The notes under the pieces: model-generated
Told to the model about the DNA's origin: nothing
Databases searched by the model: none
What the model saw: the letters and a program-made list of their open reading frames with translations, nothing else
Origin: Callorhinchus milii
Taxonomy: Eukaryota
Reading direction: 5' to 3'
Length of the DNA stretch: 64,000 bases
NCBI RefSeq assembly: GCF_018977255.1
Contig: NW_024704743.1
Coordinates: 22,446,001-22,510,000 of the forward strand
In this document: one piece after another, positions 1 through 12,025 of the stretch
How positions within the stretch are numbered: position 1 is the first letter of the stretch
How the letters are laid out: each line of letters starts with the position of its first letter
Made by a program: the position numbers and the translations under genes

Positions 1-99
1 ATTCCGGAGAATATTAGATGAAGGTTGGCAAGAGTCAAAGTTTCGGGACCCCAGAGCCAGCTAAAACTGTATAGCTTGGCATCGAAAACAGTTTCTGAC

Positions 100-1015
100 A
101 AACATCTCCTTGCTTGTCCAAGCCAGCCTGTCCATTAGCTCTTGACTTCCAGGGTTAAGTGGAGCTGAATGAGAATAATACAGCTGCCAGTGACTGTCTG
201 CCTCTCCAAGTCCTGCCGATGAGAGAACCTGGCTGGGCTGTCATCAGCAGTGCCCTGGCATACTTCAGACCTGCCTGCCTCAGGAATCGGATGACTAAAA
301 TTGCCACAGAGGATTCAAAAAAGCATCCTTTAGAGTCAGGATTGCTTCTCAAATTCTGCTTTCTGGAGGGAAACAACTATATAGAAAATGCTGATTGCTA
401 GGTTGTACAATGGCATTTTCCCCTTGGGCCAATAAAGAGATAATTATCAAGTCAAATTGTTGTAATTTGATAGAAAGCCTCCAAGGGCTGAGCTGGCTCC
501 AAGGTAATGTCGTCGGTGATAAAAGGTTGGAATTTTAGGAACCCTCCTTGGGCAATCTCAGTCTATTTCCTGAATCAGGTAGATCTGTTGTACTCCAAAG
601 CATAGCTGATGACAGACCAGCCAGCATGGTTCATTGAAAGACTTGAAGGGGAAATTAGAAAATGGGGATATAAATTCTTCCTACTCTTCCTTTGACATGC
701 TGTTAGCCCAGCAAGTCGAAGCCCCAATGTTTAGGGTGGTACTAGCTGGACAAACAGCAGGAAGCTTGAAAGACAGTGCTTTCAATGGCAAGTTATATGA
801 TTTTAGCTGATTAAACTCCAGCAGTATATCAATTCATGCACTGTGGTTCCCGAGCCTTTCTCTCTCGGCAACTTGTCCCTTTCCAGAGTAAGATAAGCAG
901 GACCACCCTTCAGGGAGAGAGAAAGTGTATGTTCCATTTTAGACACAGAGAAATTTTCATGGGTAGATGCCACCATATGTGAAATTCTCAATCTGGTTTG
1001 GATATTCCTCAGCAT
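100..1015 (-). mobile_element. Old unclassified interspersed repeat; parts are homologous to about 20400-20500, 47370-47680, 49930-50150 and 59150-59350
   Basis: Reverse complement of 150-330 aligns by eye with 49960-50150 and 59180-59340 (cagggcactg...caggacttgga.aggcagac.agtcac). Reverse complement of 730-1010 aligns with 47370-47675 (gctggagtttaatc.agctaaa...ttgccattga.agcactgtct...agcttcctg.tg.ttgtccagctag). Confidence 0.7.
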
Positions 1016-1464
1016 TCACATTTCTAAGACACCCAGCTGACCAAAAATCCCCACCAAGGCAGAGTGAGCACAGTGCAAAGCCACTTACTCGATCAATACA
1101 GTGTGCAAGACTCATCAGGGTTCTTCAAAGGAGCTGACCTGCCAGTGATTCCTACTGCAGAGGTCAGCTGGGTGATCTACGAGCTCGATTCTTGGGGACT
1201 CCATACTGCACACCATTCTCCACTTGGTGTCCAAGCTGCTATCAGGTTATCACCAATCCTCCCAGCCCTCTGCCAAAGTGATTCTGAAATCACTCACTGG
1301 GAATTGTGAAACAATGACTTTCCTCTCACTGTGGGAAGGGCTTGGTCTCAGTGGGCAGTCCTGAATTCAGTGTGGCTCTACATGTAAAGAGCAAGGAGCG
1401 TCAATGTGCACGTATGCCTCTGTACAGGTTATTTTGGATGTGTCAGCCATCTGGCTGACCAAAA

Positions 1465-1680
1465 ATCTCAGAAGCTCCCTCCACTCAGTGGGCTCCGGCC
1501 TGCTTCAAGTCCCCCGCCTTGCCCGCCCCACCATTGGCGGGTGGGCCTTCTGCCACTCTGCCCCTACCCTCTGGAACTCCCTCCAGCAGTCCCTTAGCCT
1601 CACCCTCTCCCTTGCCTCCTTCAAGACATCCTCCCAACATGAAAGTCGCTATACAAATGTAATTTTGTTGTTGTTTTGCT
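1465..1680 (+). mobile_element. L2-clade LINE 3' fragment
   Basis: Encodes LLQVPRLARPTIGGWAF..SAPTLWNSL (L2 ORF2 C-terminus) and ends in gctatacaaatgtaattt(gtt)n tail. Confidence 0.85.
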
Positions 1681-2559
1681 GATAAATTTTGTGTGCAAGA
1701 CCCATATAATTAATATTCTATTCGTAATATATTTTGTAAGTAGGTTTGTGTTCATCAAAGTTGTTTAATTTGAGTTTATTGCATTGGTAAAATCTTCAAA
1801 ATGAGCTTGAAAGGCGAAGTGGATGAACAGTTAACTAAAAGTGTCCATTAATCTGCTGACAATCTTTACATGAAATCGCTTAATTTGCATGTATGTTCAC
1901 AACCATTGGGCAAGGAAGTCCGTTACCATTAAATATAATGACTTTGAAATGCACACTTACAATAAGATTTTCCCAATGTGAAAGCAACTTGTTATTTCTA
2001 TTAGATAAATAGTAGTGGATTTCCATTCGACAGTGAATCAAATACCAAAGGGCAAAGTTTACAATATAAATTTATGATAATCATAAAAGGCATTATAGAG
2101 TTTAATAAATTGTCTTTACAAAGAAGATTGTTGGAATGTAAAATTCTCTGCTACAAACACTTATTGAACACAGTCTATCAATTCTATAAAGTAGGAGAGT
2201 GGAGAGTGGGATTAAACTGGTTCCTGTGGAGAAAAGCACCCGCACAGACTTGATGAGGCAAATATCTGCTTCTCAGCTGTAACATAGTTTAACATATCAT
2301 CTGACAAATATCTCCAACATTGCAGTAACTTCATCAGAACTGCATATTGGATGTTGGGTAATGAGCTCAAGTCCTGTTATGGAGCTCAAACCCACAAGTT
2401 TCAAAATCCAGCTGCAAAAATGCTACCAACTAAGTCAAACTGACACACAAAACCCTAGGTTTGGTCACAGCTTCGATAGCTCATGGCAGACAGGGAAGGA
2501 TGAAACGGTAGCAATAAATATGGGGTAGCACAATTAACATCTGGTCTTTATTTATATAG

Positions 2560-2815
2560 AATAGATTTACATGGACTGTACAGGATGGAAACAGGCCATT
2601 CAGCCCAATTAGTCCATGCTGGTTTATACTCCACGAGTTCTCCACCCTCTTCTTTCTCCCTGTCAAATCCTTCTATTCCATTCTCCCTCATGTGTATATC
2701 TAGCGTCCTCTTAAATGCATTTATACTATCTGATTCAACCACTGTTTTGGGCAGAGTGTTCCATATACCTCTGCATGAAGAAGTTGCTTCTAAATCCTCT
2801 TTTAGATTGCTCAGT
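2560..2815 (-). mobile_element. CR1-type LINE 3' fragment
   Basis: Minus strand reads VVESDSINAFKRTLDIHM, followed by the tgggctgaatggcctgtt 3'UTR motif. Confidence 0.75.
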
Positions 2816-2829
2816 TTGCTTACTCTCCA

Positions 2830-3090
2830 CTCCTCTACCTGGACCCTTCACTCACCTTGTTCTGGCCTTCTGCATGTCTCTCGTCCCCTCCCTTATGCCT
2901 TCAAACTCTGGAATACTTTGCCTCAATCCTTCCTCCATGCTTCTTTTCAGATCGCACTTGAAGACCTTCCTCTTTGACTGTGGCTAGAGTCACCTCCTCT
3001 CTTTCCCCAGCTCAGTGTTAAGCTTTGCCACTGTTAAGCTCTCCGAGACGCTGCTGCATGTGAAGGGCACCATATCAATGCAAATTGTTA
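2830..3090 (+). mobile_element. Decayed L2 3' fragment
   Basis: KLWNTLPQS...FRSHLKTFLF remnants and a gtgaagggcaccatatcaatgcaaattgtt tail. Confidence 0.7.
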
Positions 3091-3164
3091 TACTTATACT
3101 CACTTATCCGTGTTCTTACTTGTACTTGTTTTTATACTTGTATTCCCTGGTCATAGATTTACCA

Positions 3165-3360
3165 GAAAAAGGAAATGACAGTTCCTGCTCCTTATCACTA
3201 CCTAGTTACCCCCGCTGGGAAATGCATGTGTGTGGATGTCAAGTGGGAATAGATTCAAGCACAGCGATGATGTCCCAGGGTTGAAAACTCTACTGACGCT
3301 CACTGTTTGGCTCACGTATGAAATGGCCACTTCGGTGAGATATTGGAGAGATTCTTGGAA
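3165..3360 (+). mobile_element. Old SINE-like family 3 fragment (related copies at about 40700-41056 minus, 53745-53890 and 57390-57720)
   Basis: Shared motifs gtgtgtggatgtc.ggtg.g.a, cac.catga..aatg.ccact.gg.tga and ggaaaatcagccagg across copies. The 41056 copy has a tRNA-like head (tagctgagtggttaa...ggtttcaaatcc). Confidence 0.6.
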
Positions 3361-5104
3361 GAAAGAAAATGTTCCAATAATGCAGGGTATTGGGTGAAAT
3401 AATATGATGTGCTATAGAATATCAACTTGCATTAATGGTGAGTTTTCAATCTGCATCAGGGAGAAGGAAAGGAAACTAAAGAACAGGTCATGTTCATGCA
3501 CTTTATAATGATCAACTGCAGAGCAATTCCATGAGATCTAGAAAACATGTTTTCTCTCTCTTCCTTGGCTTGACATAGTAATTTTGCAACATCTTGAAAA
3601 TGAAAGTAAAATTAATTTACAAGTGAAAAAACAGCAAAAAATGATATACCTGGGAATAAATGCATAATTTCCCCTAATAAATCCTGCGGTAGCATTGGAG
3701 CAAGTCATAACAAAAATTGCAATCATAGTCTGTATGGTCTTTCTAAAAAGTATGAATTGATTGCTTTTACATCATATTGTTATTATTGTTCATTCTTGTT
3801 ATTAGTAGATGTTTCAAACCTATAATACCTTGAGAGCAATAATCTTTCACAGAAAGATCTATCCGGAACTGAAGCAATTTTACTTTCTTACTAATAGGAA
3901 GGTGGGATTGTGCCAATCTTGCATATTGACCCACTTTGCCATCATCAACAACATTTGCAAATTCACAGAAGCCAGAGAGGATTCCTTAAATTAGGAAACA
4001 AAAGATCCAGAACATATATCAGTCGGTCTAAACCAGTCGATCGCTATCAACTTCTTCGAGAGTCAAGAAGTAGTCCAACAAACACCCACACCAGTCCTGG
4101 CAAGTCAGTGCCAAAATTCCGGTTGCTACCAAGCCGTGATCCCCATGGCGATGCCATGGATGAAGAAAAATTCACTAAAGAAAATGCTATTTGGTTGGCC
4201 GACCATAAAGGTTGGCGACCACTTGTGTAGACCGAGAAAGATAAGTGTAAGTCATGAGAGACTTGACGGACTGAATGGCCTATATCTGCAGTGTAAAGCT
4301 ATGGTTTTAAGTGGAGCCAAGATAGACTAAGAAAGAATAAAGTGCAGACTGTAAGAAAGATTTAATCCAACGCATTGGGACCTCCTCTCAACGTGAAAGG
4401 CGCTAATACAAATTTAATTTGTTGCTGTTGTTATAACAGAATATAGAGATGGAAAGGAGAAAGAGAAATAAAGAGCTGGATCCAGCTCTTTATTTCTCTC
4501 TCTCCTTTCCCTCTCCTTATTCTGTTACAACAACAGCAACAAATTAAATTTGCATTAGCGCTGACATCAAAAGAAAAACCTTTCAACTGATACTAAATTA
4601 CTTATGTGAAGCTGACTGACTGAAAGTTAATTGAAAATTGGGCAGCTGCCTATCGAGTTCTTATTGATCATTAACTACTTAAATTTGATTAAAGTCAGTA
4701 ATGAGTGTGTCTTAACTGTACTTATTTTTATTTTAAAGAGTTTGCAATTGCCAAAAGACATCAGAGTCACTACTTATTAACGGATAATAAAGCCCTGGCA
4801 GATATCAATATATTTTAGATTTGATGTGATTCAAGTTTTCCAAATTATTTAAAGAGTGTGGAGAAAATATCTGTGCATACTCATAAGAGGATAAAAGCAT
4901 TTATTTATTGATGGGAAGGAATTGATTTTGTCTATTAAAGCGAGACAATACAGTGCTGAGGCATACAAACACTTCTAGCCAGTGCTCTACCGCAAATAGG
5001 TCCTCTAAACCCCACCTCAGAAAGTGTACTGCTGCTGTACCTGCGTCCATTTTCATTTCCTACATCAGCCATTCTTAGGGGCTCTTAATTAATTAATCAA
5101 ATTA

Positions 5105-5480
5105 ATAATCCTTGCATTTGGTATAGTACCGTATCATGTCAAAACATCTCAAAATGCTTCACAGGATTTTACTGTTACTGTACCGAGTATATAGATTAAT
5201 GCAGCAATCAAAGAACGTCTCACAAACAGCCATCAGGTGAATGATTAATTTCATCTGTGCGATTCAAACCAAGGCACTTTGAATTGTGCCTTGGATCTTT
5301 AATGTCCACTTGAACTGGCAGAAAGGACCTCGGTTTTAACATATCATTTTATGGGACGGCATCTCTGACAATGCAATATATCCACAACACTGCGGGATTA
5401 CTGCATTGTCAGAGGTGCTGTCCCTCAGTATCAGGCTAGACTATTAGCTCAAAGTTCTCCTAGGTTAGTGCAACCAACTG
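5105..5480 (-). mobile_element. Deu-domain SINE (SacSINE1/AmnSINE-like), degenerate
   Basis: Minus strand contains aaaaccgaggtcc...ttaaagatcc (Deu domain) and the shared caaatgcaaggattatt tail. Confidence 0.65.
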
Positions 5481-6184
5481 AAATAAGATGACATCTAATT
5501 TAAATTCATAGAATTGCTAATTTTGTGTAGCAATTTAAATCCGTTAGTTGACAGCCCAACCACTTCACTTAAAGCCATCAGACAGAGAAAAAAAATCAGT
5601 CTGGGCTCAATTCAAATCCCAGAAGTGAATGAACAGTTCAATCCTACTCCTCAGAATTTAAAGCATAATACTATAAAATAAGAAAATCTCAATTTAAGTA
5701 TGCCTTAATTAACTGCATGACACTTAAGATGTTTTAGCTTATGGAGACTTCAATGAGGAATTCAAAAATAAGCGGACGGGTTCTTGTTTTAATGCCACAA
5801 CAAGCTTGATGGGCAGAATGGCCTTGTTATGTTGTTATGTTCCTAAAATACAGACTTCGTGCTTGTAGTTAGAAATACTGTGCAACAATGTGTTATTTTG
5901 AAAATGTGTTGTGTACGTGTAGAAAGCTGTTAAAGTTATATTCTTGAGACAAAGTTCCAGATAAAATTAGGTTCATCTCAAACTCTGCTCAATAACAGGG
6001 CTTCTGAAATTAATTCTGGAATTGCTGATGAAATTAAATTGTTTAATCTGTGAAAACCTTATTGCAAATGTTAGTGCATTCAACTTTTATATGACAATAA
6101 AAAATAATGCAGAACTATTAATTTAAAGAGAAACATTAACGCAACTTCTTGTCATAGGTTGATATTTAAGATAAATATATTTTT

Positions 6185-6320
6185 GAGTTCTGACAAAAGG
6201 TCATCGACCTGAAAAGTTAACTCACTTTCCTTTCTTTATAGATGCTCCCTAACCTGCTGAGGGTTCCCAGCGACTTCAGTTTTTATTTCAGAATTCCAGC
6301 ATCTGCAGTATTTTGCCTTT
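6185..6320 (+). mobile_element. Penelope-like element terminal repeat with hammerhead-like motif
   Basis: gagttCTGACAAaaggtc-atc-gacctGAAAagttaactc...gatgct..c..acctgctgag...ccagc..cttc.gtttttatttcaga.ttccagcatctgcagtattttg. The same unit flanks the GIY-YIG remnant at 18760-19620. Confidence 0.8.
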
Positions 6321-6739
6321 TAAATAAATTTTTATATATTGAAAAGTTTGAGTCAGCAGATGAAAAAAGGCAGAAAGATATTGTCAAAAGTTATTAAGGG
6401 CAAGTGACTTAAGATTCTCACCAACATTAGGAGAAATGAATTTCTTGCACAGGTGAGATGCGCAAACTTTAGTCTTGCCCCAGTCAAGGCAAAGTCATGG
6501 AGGCTTTATTCATAACTGAATTGCAATGGATGGTGTAATCTGCACAATATCTGCATTACTGCACAGTTTATCATAAGTATAACTAATCTTTGTTGGAAGC
6601 AACAATCTGTACATGGATAATGAAATTGATAAAATGCTCAATTAAACTAAAAAAGTGTGTAAGAGCAGGATGAATGGAGATCAGAGTGAGAAATAAGTTG
6701 AGTGAAAAATGCTGTCAAAACTCTGCAATAAGATAATAA

Positions 6740-7122
6740 TAAATAATAATAATCCTTGCATTTGATATAGCGCCTTATCACGTCTTCGAGACGTCTCAAA
6801 GCACTTCACTATAATATACTGTAAAGAATACACTGTATATTTTGTGGACGAAACACAGCAGCTATTTGCACACAGCAGTGTCCCACAAACAATCGTGGAT
6901 TGAAGTGACCAATTTATTATTTTTAGTANTTTTTTAAGGGAATTATTACCTCTGGAAAAGCAATCCGCCAAATGACTAACAACTGGGTTCCTACTTACTG
7001 CTAGGTAAACGGAGAGGCGTGTGGAGTAAGGAAACTTGACCAACATTTCACCCTGCCGAGAATTGAACCCAGGTCTCTTGCTTGCAAGGTGAGTGTTCTA
7101 GCTACTGAACTACAGGAATCCA
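6740..7122 (-). mobile_element. tRNA-headed SINE family A, long form
   Basis: A/B-box head, tgggcaagtttccttactccacacgcctc core, 3' stem-loop and (ATT)n tail. Confidence 0.9.
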
Positions 7123-8205
7123 TCATGTATGATAATGAATTGAGTTGCAAAACAGTCTCTTCATACTTCATTTACAAACTCAATTTTGTTTAAATTGCCA
7201 CTACATAAATAAAATACATTGGCGTAAAGTACAATCCCAGCAAGCACGATCACTAAAGATACCTTCGACAAACATAAAAGTGAAAGCAGACATAAATAAT
7301 CTAAAAGCCATGTATAATATATAAAAGTACGAGGAGAAATTTAAAAATCTTACATATGCTTCTCATCAAGCTATAAATATTGCACAATGTATGGATTCAT
7401 TCTGTGCAGCATCTGTAAACATGTTTTCTCCCAACTTTCAAAACAAGGCAGCTACATAAATGAGTTGTAGTCTCCACTGGAAACATTCAATGAAGCACTT
7501 AATATAGCATTCACATGCTACAAACTAATGATTTTGCTTACTAAAAGGCCAGGTGAAAATGCTGAGCAGTACTTGTGATTCTAGTAAAATAGCTGTCATC
7601 TACAGAAAGGATTATTGCAAGTCTAATGCACTTTCCTTGCACAGTCCCCTGCCACTCTGTATTCAGTAAACTTTACTCATCGCAATTACTCCTTTGTTAT
7701 GTTGGACTATGTTTTGAAATACAGTACCATTGTAAAGAGAAGAGTGTACCATAATTGAATGATTCTGTAAATTTAGCATTCGATTCAGATTTATAATTCC
7801 CCGTGTATAGTATAGTATTTACTGTTTGTCCTTTTTTAATGTACCTTGTGGGAGACTTTAAACCACACTGAAAGAGTAATTAATATTGAAACTGTCATTT
7901 TTTTTCTTCTTTGCTGCAAATCTCCAGCCCCCTCACAAAGGTTGAGGGAACTACATGAACCTAAAATAAGCCTAAATCCCTGAGTAGTAGTTTGCTTCTG
8001 GACGCCTGCAGTTCAAATCCAGCACAGATGTTGGCAATTTAAGTTTGGACATCTTGAATCAACACGTTTCACCCACAAAATACACCAATCAAAATCCCTT
8101 TACAGTATCCTTGAAGCTCTTTGAAACGTCTCAACAACGTGATGTGGCGCAATTATTATTATTATTATTAGGTGGGAATGAACACCTTGTGTAATTGAAG
8201 AGCTT

Positions 8206-8571
8206 TGGAGTCCTGTAGCTCAGGGGTTAGGGCTCTTGCGTTGCAAGCGAGAGACCTGGGTTCGATTCCCGGCAGCACGAAATGTTGGGCAAGTTTTCTT
8301 ACTCCACACGCCTCCGTTTACCTAGCAGCAAGTAGGTTGTTGTTAGTCGGTTGGCGGTTTGCTTTTCTGGGGGTAATAATTTCCTCAAAAAAACCCAAAA
8401 TAATAATAATAAAACGGTCACTTCAATCCACGACTGTTTGTTGGACACTTGGCTGCCGCGTTTCGCCCACAAAATACAATTCACTTTCAAGTATTTTCTG
8501 TGAAGCGCTCATAGATGTCTCAAAGACGTGATAAAGCGATTTAGCAAATGGAAGGATTATTATTATTATTT
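8206..8571 (+). mobile_element. tRNA-headed SINE family A, long form
   Basis: ggagtcctgTAGCTCAGGGG...GGTTCGATTCC Pol III boxes, anticodon-like TTGCAA (Ala-like), (ATT)n tail. Confidence 0.92.
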
Positions 8572-9994
8572 TAAAGCGCATCTGCAATTCTCACATTTGA
8601 TATCGATGAACATGGTCCCAATTACATAGGATTGGCATCAAGTAGTATGCTTCATATTTACCCTTTCATCACACCAGAATAATTATTGAAACTTACATCT
8701 AAATGGTACTGATTATTAGGTTTGTTATTTGGATTACACAACTGTATAGAGTCAATTACCCAGGTTTCTTGTTTTTAATTGCCTAAAGATTGCCAATTAG
8801 CTTGCCCCTGATTTATAAACCGATCTTAACAGACAGTAAAACTGAAAACTCCCCCAGTGTAGGACACGGCTGCTGAATGCGGTGAACAATAAACCGTGAT
8901 GGACAGGTTATCTGTGAATGATCAGACTGATAATAAGTACTTCAGAACATTTACATTTCCAGAGAGCTACTCTTTTTTGCAGTGTTCAATCAGTTTTTCA
9001 TAGCTATTAGCTGGTAGGGTTAGAGATATATTCTGGATTATTTTTAGGGTTCGGACAGGAGAAACTAAGTTAATGTCAGTGTTATGGATTGATAAGAAAA
9101 TTACAGAAAATTTAGAATTCCTAATCCCACCATTTAATTAATGCAGAATCTTCAATAATACAATATTATTGCTTATTTTTAAAAAAGTTGCAAAATTAAT
9201 AGTAAATTGAACAGAATCTGAAATCAATGATTTGAATGCAATTATCACCCATTTAAAACATATTCAATATTGAAATTAAGTAAGAACTATGCTTTGTATC
9301 CACAGAATAATCAACAGTTAATATTCAGTAAATGTATGCAAAGAGATACAAGATAATATAAAAAGCCCTCCTCTATCCAGACATAAGGCGCTTTATCAAA
9401 TACAAGGATTATTATTATTATTATTATTATTATGCCAAATGACCAACTAACAAAAGACTATCCTTGTTGGAGGGAAATGAGGAAGCTGAGCTAGTTCTAA
9501 AGTAACATGCTTGACAAAAGATTATTGGGAGTTAACACTTTTGTACTCAGTAATCTGGATCTTAAGGCAGGAAGGTCCGCAGTATTTCAGCACTGCTATG
9601 CTGGCAGGTTAGGCGGATTCACCCCAAATTGGACGCATGGATTTCTCAGTTTGGTTTGAATACTCTGAAGCACGGTGATGGTGATTGCATGTGTCAGACA
9701 CCCGGCTAAACAAAAAAAATCACTGCAGCAGGAGGTGGGGTGTGTGCGCGAGTCACCCGGGGATAGACGCCCACTGGGGAGGAGCCGACAAGATGGGAAG
9801 TTGGACTAGTTGGCAGCTCTTCCCAAAGAGCCTGCACAGGCACGATGGGCCGAATGGCCTCCTTCTGTGCTGTAATACTCTATGATTCTATGATTCACTG
9901 GGGGCTGACCGGGGAAGGGCACGCTAGGACCCACTGGACCGTCTTGTCTTGAGTTTACTTACTTACACAGACCCTGAGCGTGAGTGGGGTTTGG

Positions 9995-10140
9995 GAGAGA
10001 TGGAGAGCGAGGGAAGGGAGAGAGAGAGAGAGGAAAGGGAGAGAGGTGGGGGGGGGGGGGGGAAGGGAGAGAGAGGGGAGAGAAAGCGATGGAAGGGAGA
10101 GAAAGCGATGGAAGGGAGAAAGAGGGCGGAAGGGAGAGAG

Positions 10141-10174
<34 letters not shown>

Positions 10175-10239
10175 AGGGAGAAGGGAGAGAGAGAGAAGGG
10201 AGAAGGGAGAGAGAGAACGAGAGGGAAGGAGAGAGAGGG

Positions 10240-10271
<32 letters not shown>

Positions 10272-10445
10272 TGGAGTGGAGAGAGAAGAGAGGGGGAAGG
10301 GATGGGCGAGAGCGCGAGAGAGAGCGCGAGAGAGAGCGAGAGAGAGAGCGAGAGAGCGAGAGAGAGCGCGAGAGAGAGCGAGAGAGCGAGAGCGCGAGAG
10401 AGCGAGAGAGGGGGAAGGGACAGGAGCGAGCGCAAGAGAGCGCGA
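9995..10445. repeat. Polypurine (GA)n / (GAGC)n microsatellite tract upstream of the promoter
   Basis: About 450 nt almost exclusively G/A, grading into GAGAGCGC units. Confidence 0.95.
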
Positions 10446-11323
10446 GGGGGTCGGTCCTGTCTCGTTCCCAACCGCTCGCTCGCTCGCCCGCTCGCTCGGC
10501 CCGAGCCCCCGGGGCCGGCCATTGGAAGAACGTGGCCAAACATCCCCCCCCACCAGACGCGCAGCGCACGCCCTTCGCCCCGGAGCGGCCGAGCGCTCCG
10601 CGTGTCGCAGCGCGGCCACCAATTTAGGTCAACGAAAAGAAACCTTGTAAGGAAAAGTTTACGCTCCCCCCACCCCCCCTCCCCCACACATACAGAAAGA
10701 GGTGTACATTTTATTTATTTTTTGTGTGGGGGGGAGGGGGGGGGGAGAGAGGGGAATGAGCCCCAAAAACCATCCCATTCACACGCAGCGAGGACAAAAA
10801 ACCCGCCCAATTACCCGCCCAAGGCTCTTTTTTTTTGGGGCGCGCGCGCGCGCGGGCGGGCGGGCGGTTTGTCGTCAGGCAGCAGCCAACCGCCCACACA
10901 AAAAAAAACCGCCCAATCGGGCGTGAACCCGCCCGCCCCGCCCCCCCGAAAACCTGGCGACGTTAGTGGTGGTTAGTGCGCAGGCGCGCCGGTTGCCCCT
11001 CCCCTCCCCGCCCCCCTCCCCCCCCCCCGGGCCGGGGCCGCCGTGTGAGCGCAGCGCTCAGTGTCCGGCGCGGAGTCAGGGACGTGTCTCCCTCTCTCTC
11101 TCTCTCTCTCTCCTCTCGGTGTGACTGTGTGTACAGTTACTCCCTCCTCCCCTCCCCTCCCCCCACAACAACAACAACAAACACCGCCCCCTCCCTCCCA
11201 CCCACCCACCCCGGGCCTCCCCCTCCCCCGGGCCTCCCCCCCCCCCGGGCCTCCCCCCCTCCCCCCGGGCCTCCCCCCCCCCCCCCCGGGCCCCCCCTTA
11301 ATAACCGTCACCAGTCACAGACC
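10440..11323 (+). promoter_or_regulatory. CpG-island, TATA-less promoter and 5'UTR of OSBPL10 with GC boxes, CCAAT boxes and an NRF1-type site
   Basis: Sharp CpG/GC enrichment against an AT-rich background. GGGCGG/CCGCCC repeats (about 10855-10945), CCAAT near 10619, 10807 and 10913, TGCGCAGGCGCG at 10977-10988. Confidence 0.85.
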
Positions 11324-11703
11324 ATGTTGGGCGCTGAGAAGGCTGGTCCGGGCGGCGGGGCCCCCCCCACCGCCGCCACCACCACCACCACCCTGTCTCC
11401 TGCCGGTAACGGGCACGGCAAGGCGAGCGTGAGAAGGCACTCCGCCTCCCCGGGGGAGCGGGCGGCACCGGCACCGGTACCGGTACCCGGGGCCGGCAAA
11501 GCGGGCAGCAACCGCAGCAGCGGCAGCCCCAGCCCCGGCTCCGGCTCAGGCTCAGGCTCCGGCTCCGGCTCAGCCCCCGGGAACATGGTGGAGGCGGCGA
11601 GGACACCGGGAGAGCAGCAGCAGCAGCAGCACCCGGAGGCTGGCAGAGTGGTGGAGGGTTTACTCAGCAAATACACCAACCTGATCCAGGGCTGGCAGAA
11701 CAG
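11324..11703 (+). CDS. OSBPL10: Oxysterol-binding protein-related protein 10, coding exon 1 (Gly/Ser/Thr/Gln low-complexity N-terminus plus start of PH domain, ...VEGLLSKYTNLIQGWQNR)
   Basis: ACCATG at 11321-11326 inside a CpG island. Translation ends EGLLSKYTNLIQGWQNR, matching recalled human ORP10 EGVLSKYTNLLQGWQNR. Donor AG|GTGAGG at 11703/11704, phase 2. Confidence 0.93.
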
Positions 11704-12025
11704 GTGAGGGGGTGAGGGGTGTGGGGAGGGGGTGAGGGAGGGGGTGAGGGGGGTGGGGAGGGGTGAGGGGGGTGTGGGGGGGGGAGAGAAGTTGCTTCGG
11801 TTTTAATCGGGAACTTCCCCTGCGGGAGGGGGAGAGGGAAGGGAGAGGGGGAGGTGGTGCAGAGGGAGGGAGAGGGAGGGAGAGGGGGAGGTGGTGCAGA
11901 GGGAGGGAGAGGGAGGGTGGGAGAGAGGGAGGGAGAAGGGGAGGAGGTGCAGAGGGAGGGAGAGGGAGGGAGAGGAGGCAGAGGGAGGGGGAGAGAGAGG
12001 GAGGGAGGGAGGGAAGGAAGGAAGT
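11704..12025 (+). repeat. G-rich low-complexity tract ((GGGGGTGA)n then GGGAGA/GGTGCAGA units) at the start of intron 1
   Basis: Visible directly. Confidence 0.9.

Noticed and set aside
3910..4230. 106-aa ORF upstream of the gene
   Set aside because: Non-ATG start, no recognisable domain, no convincing splice signals.
8206..8280. tRNA-Ala-like cloverleaf with A and B boxes (also at 54672 and other copies)
   Set aside because: Head of a multi-copy SINE, always followed by the SINE body; not a tRNA gene.
9949..10976. Long overlapping ORFs (200-330 aa) rich in RE/SL dipeptides
   Set aside because: Stop-free artefacts of the (GA)n microsatellite in all frames.
10976..11323. 116-codon Pro-rich in-frame extension upstream of the OSBPL10 ATG (GTG start in ORF track)
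   Set aside because: C-rich low-complexity UTR/promoter naturally lacks stops; no homology evidence and overlaps core promoter motifs.
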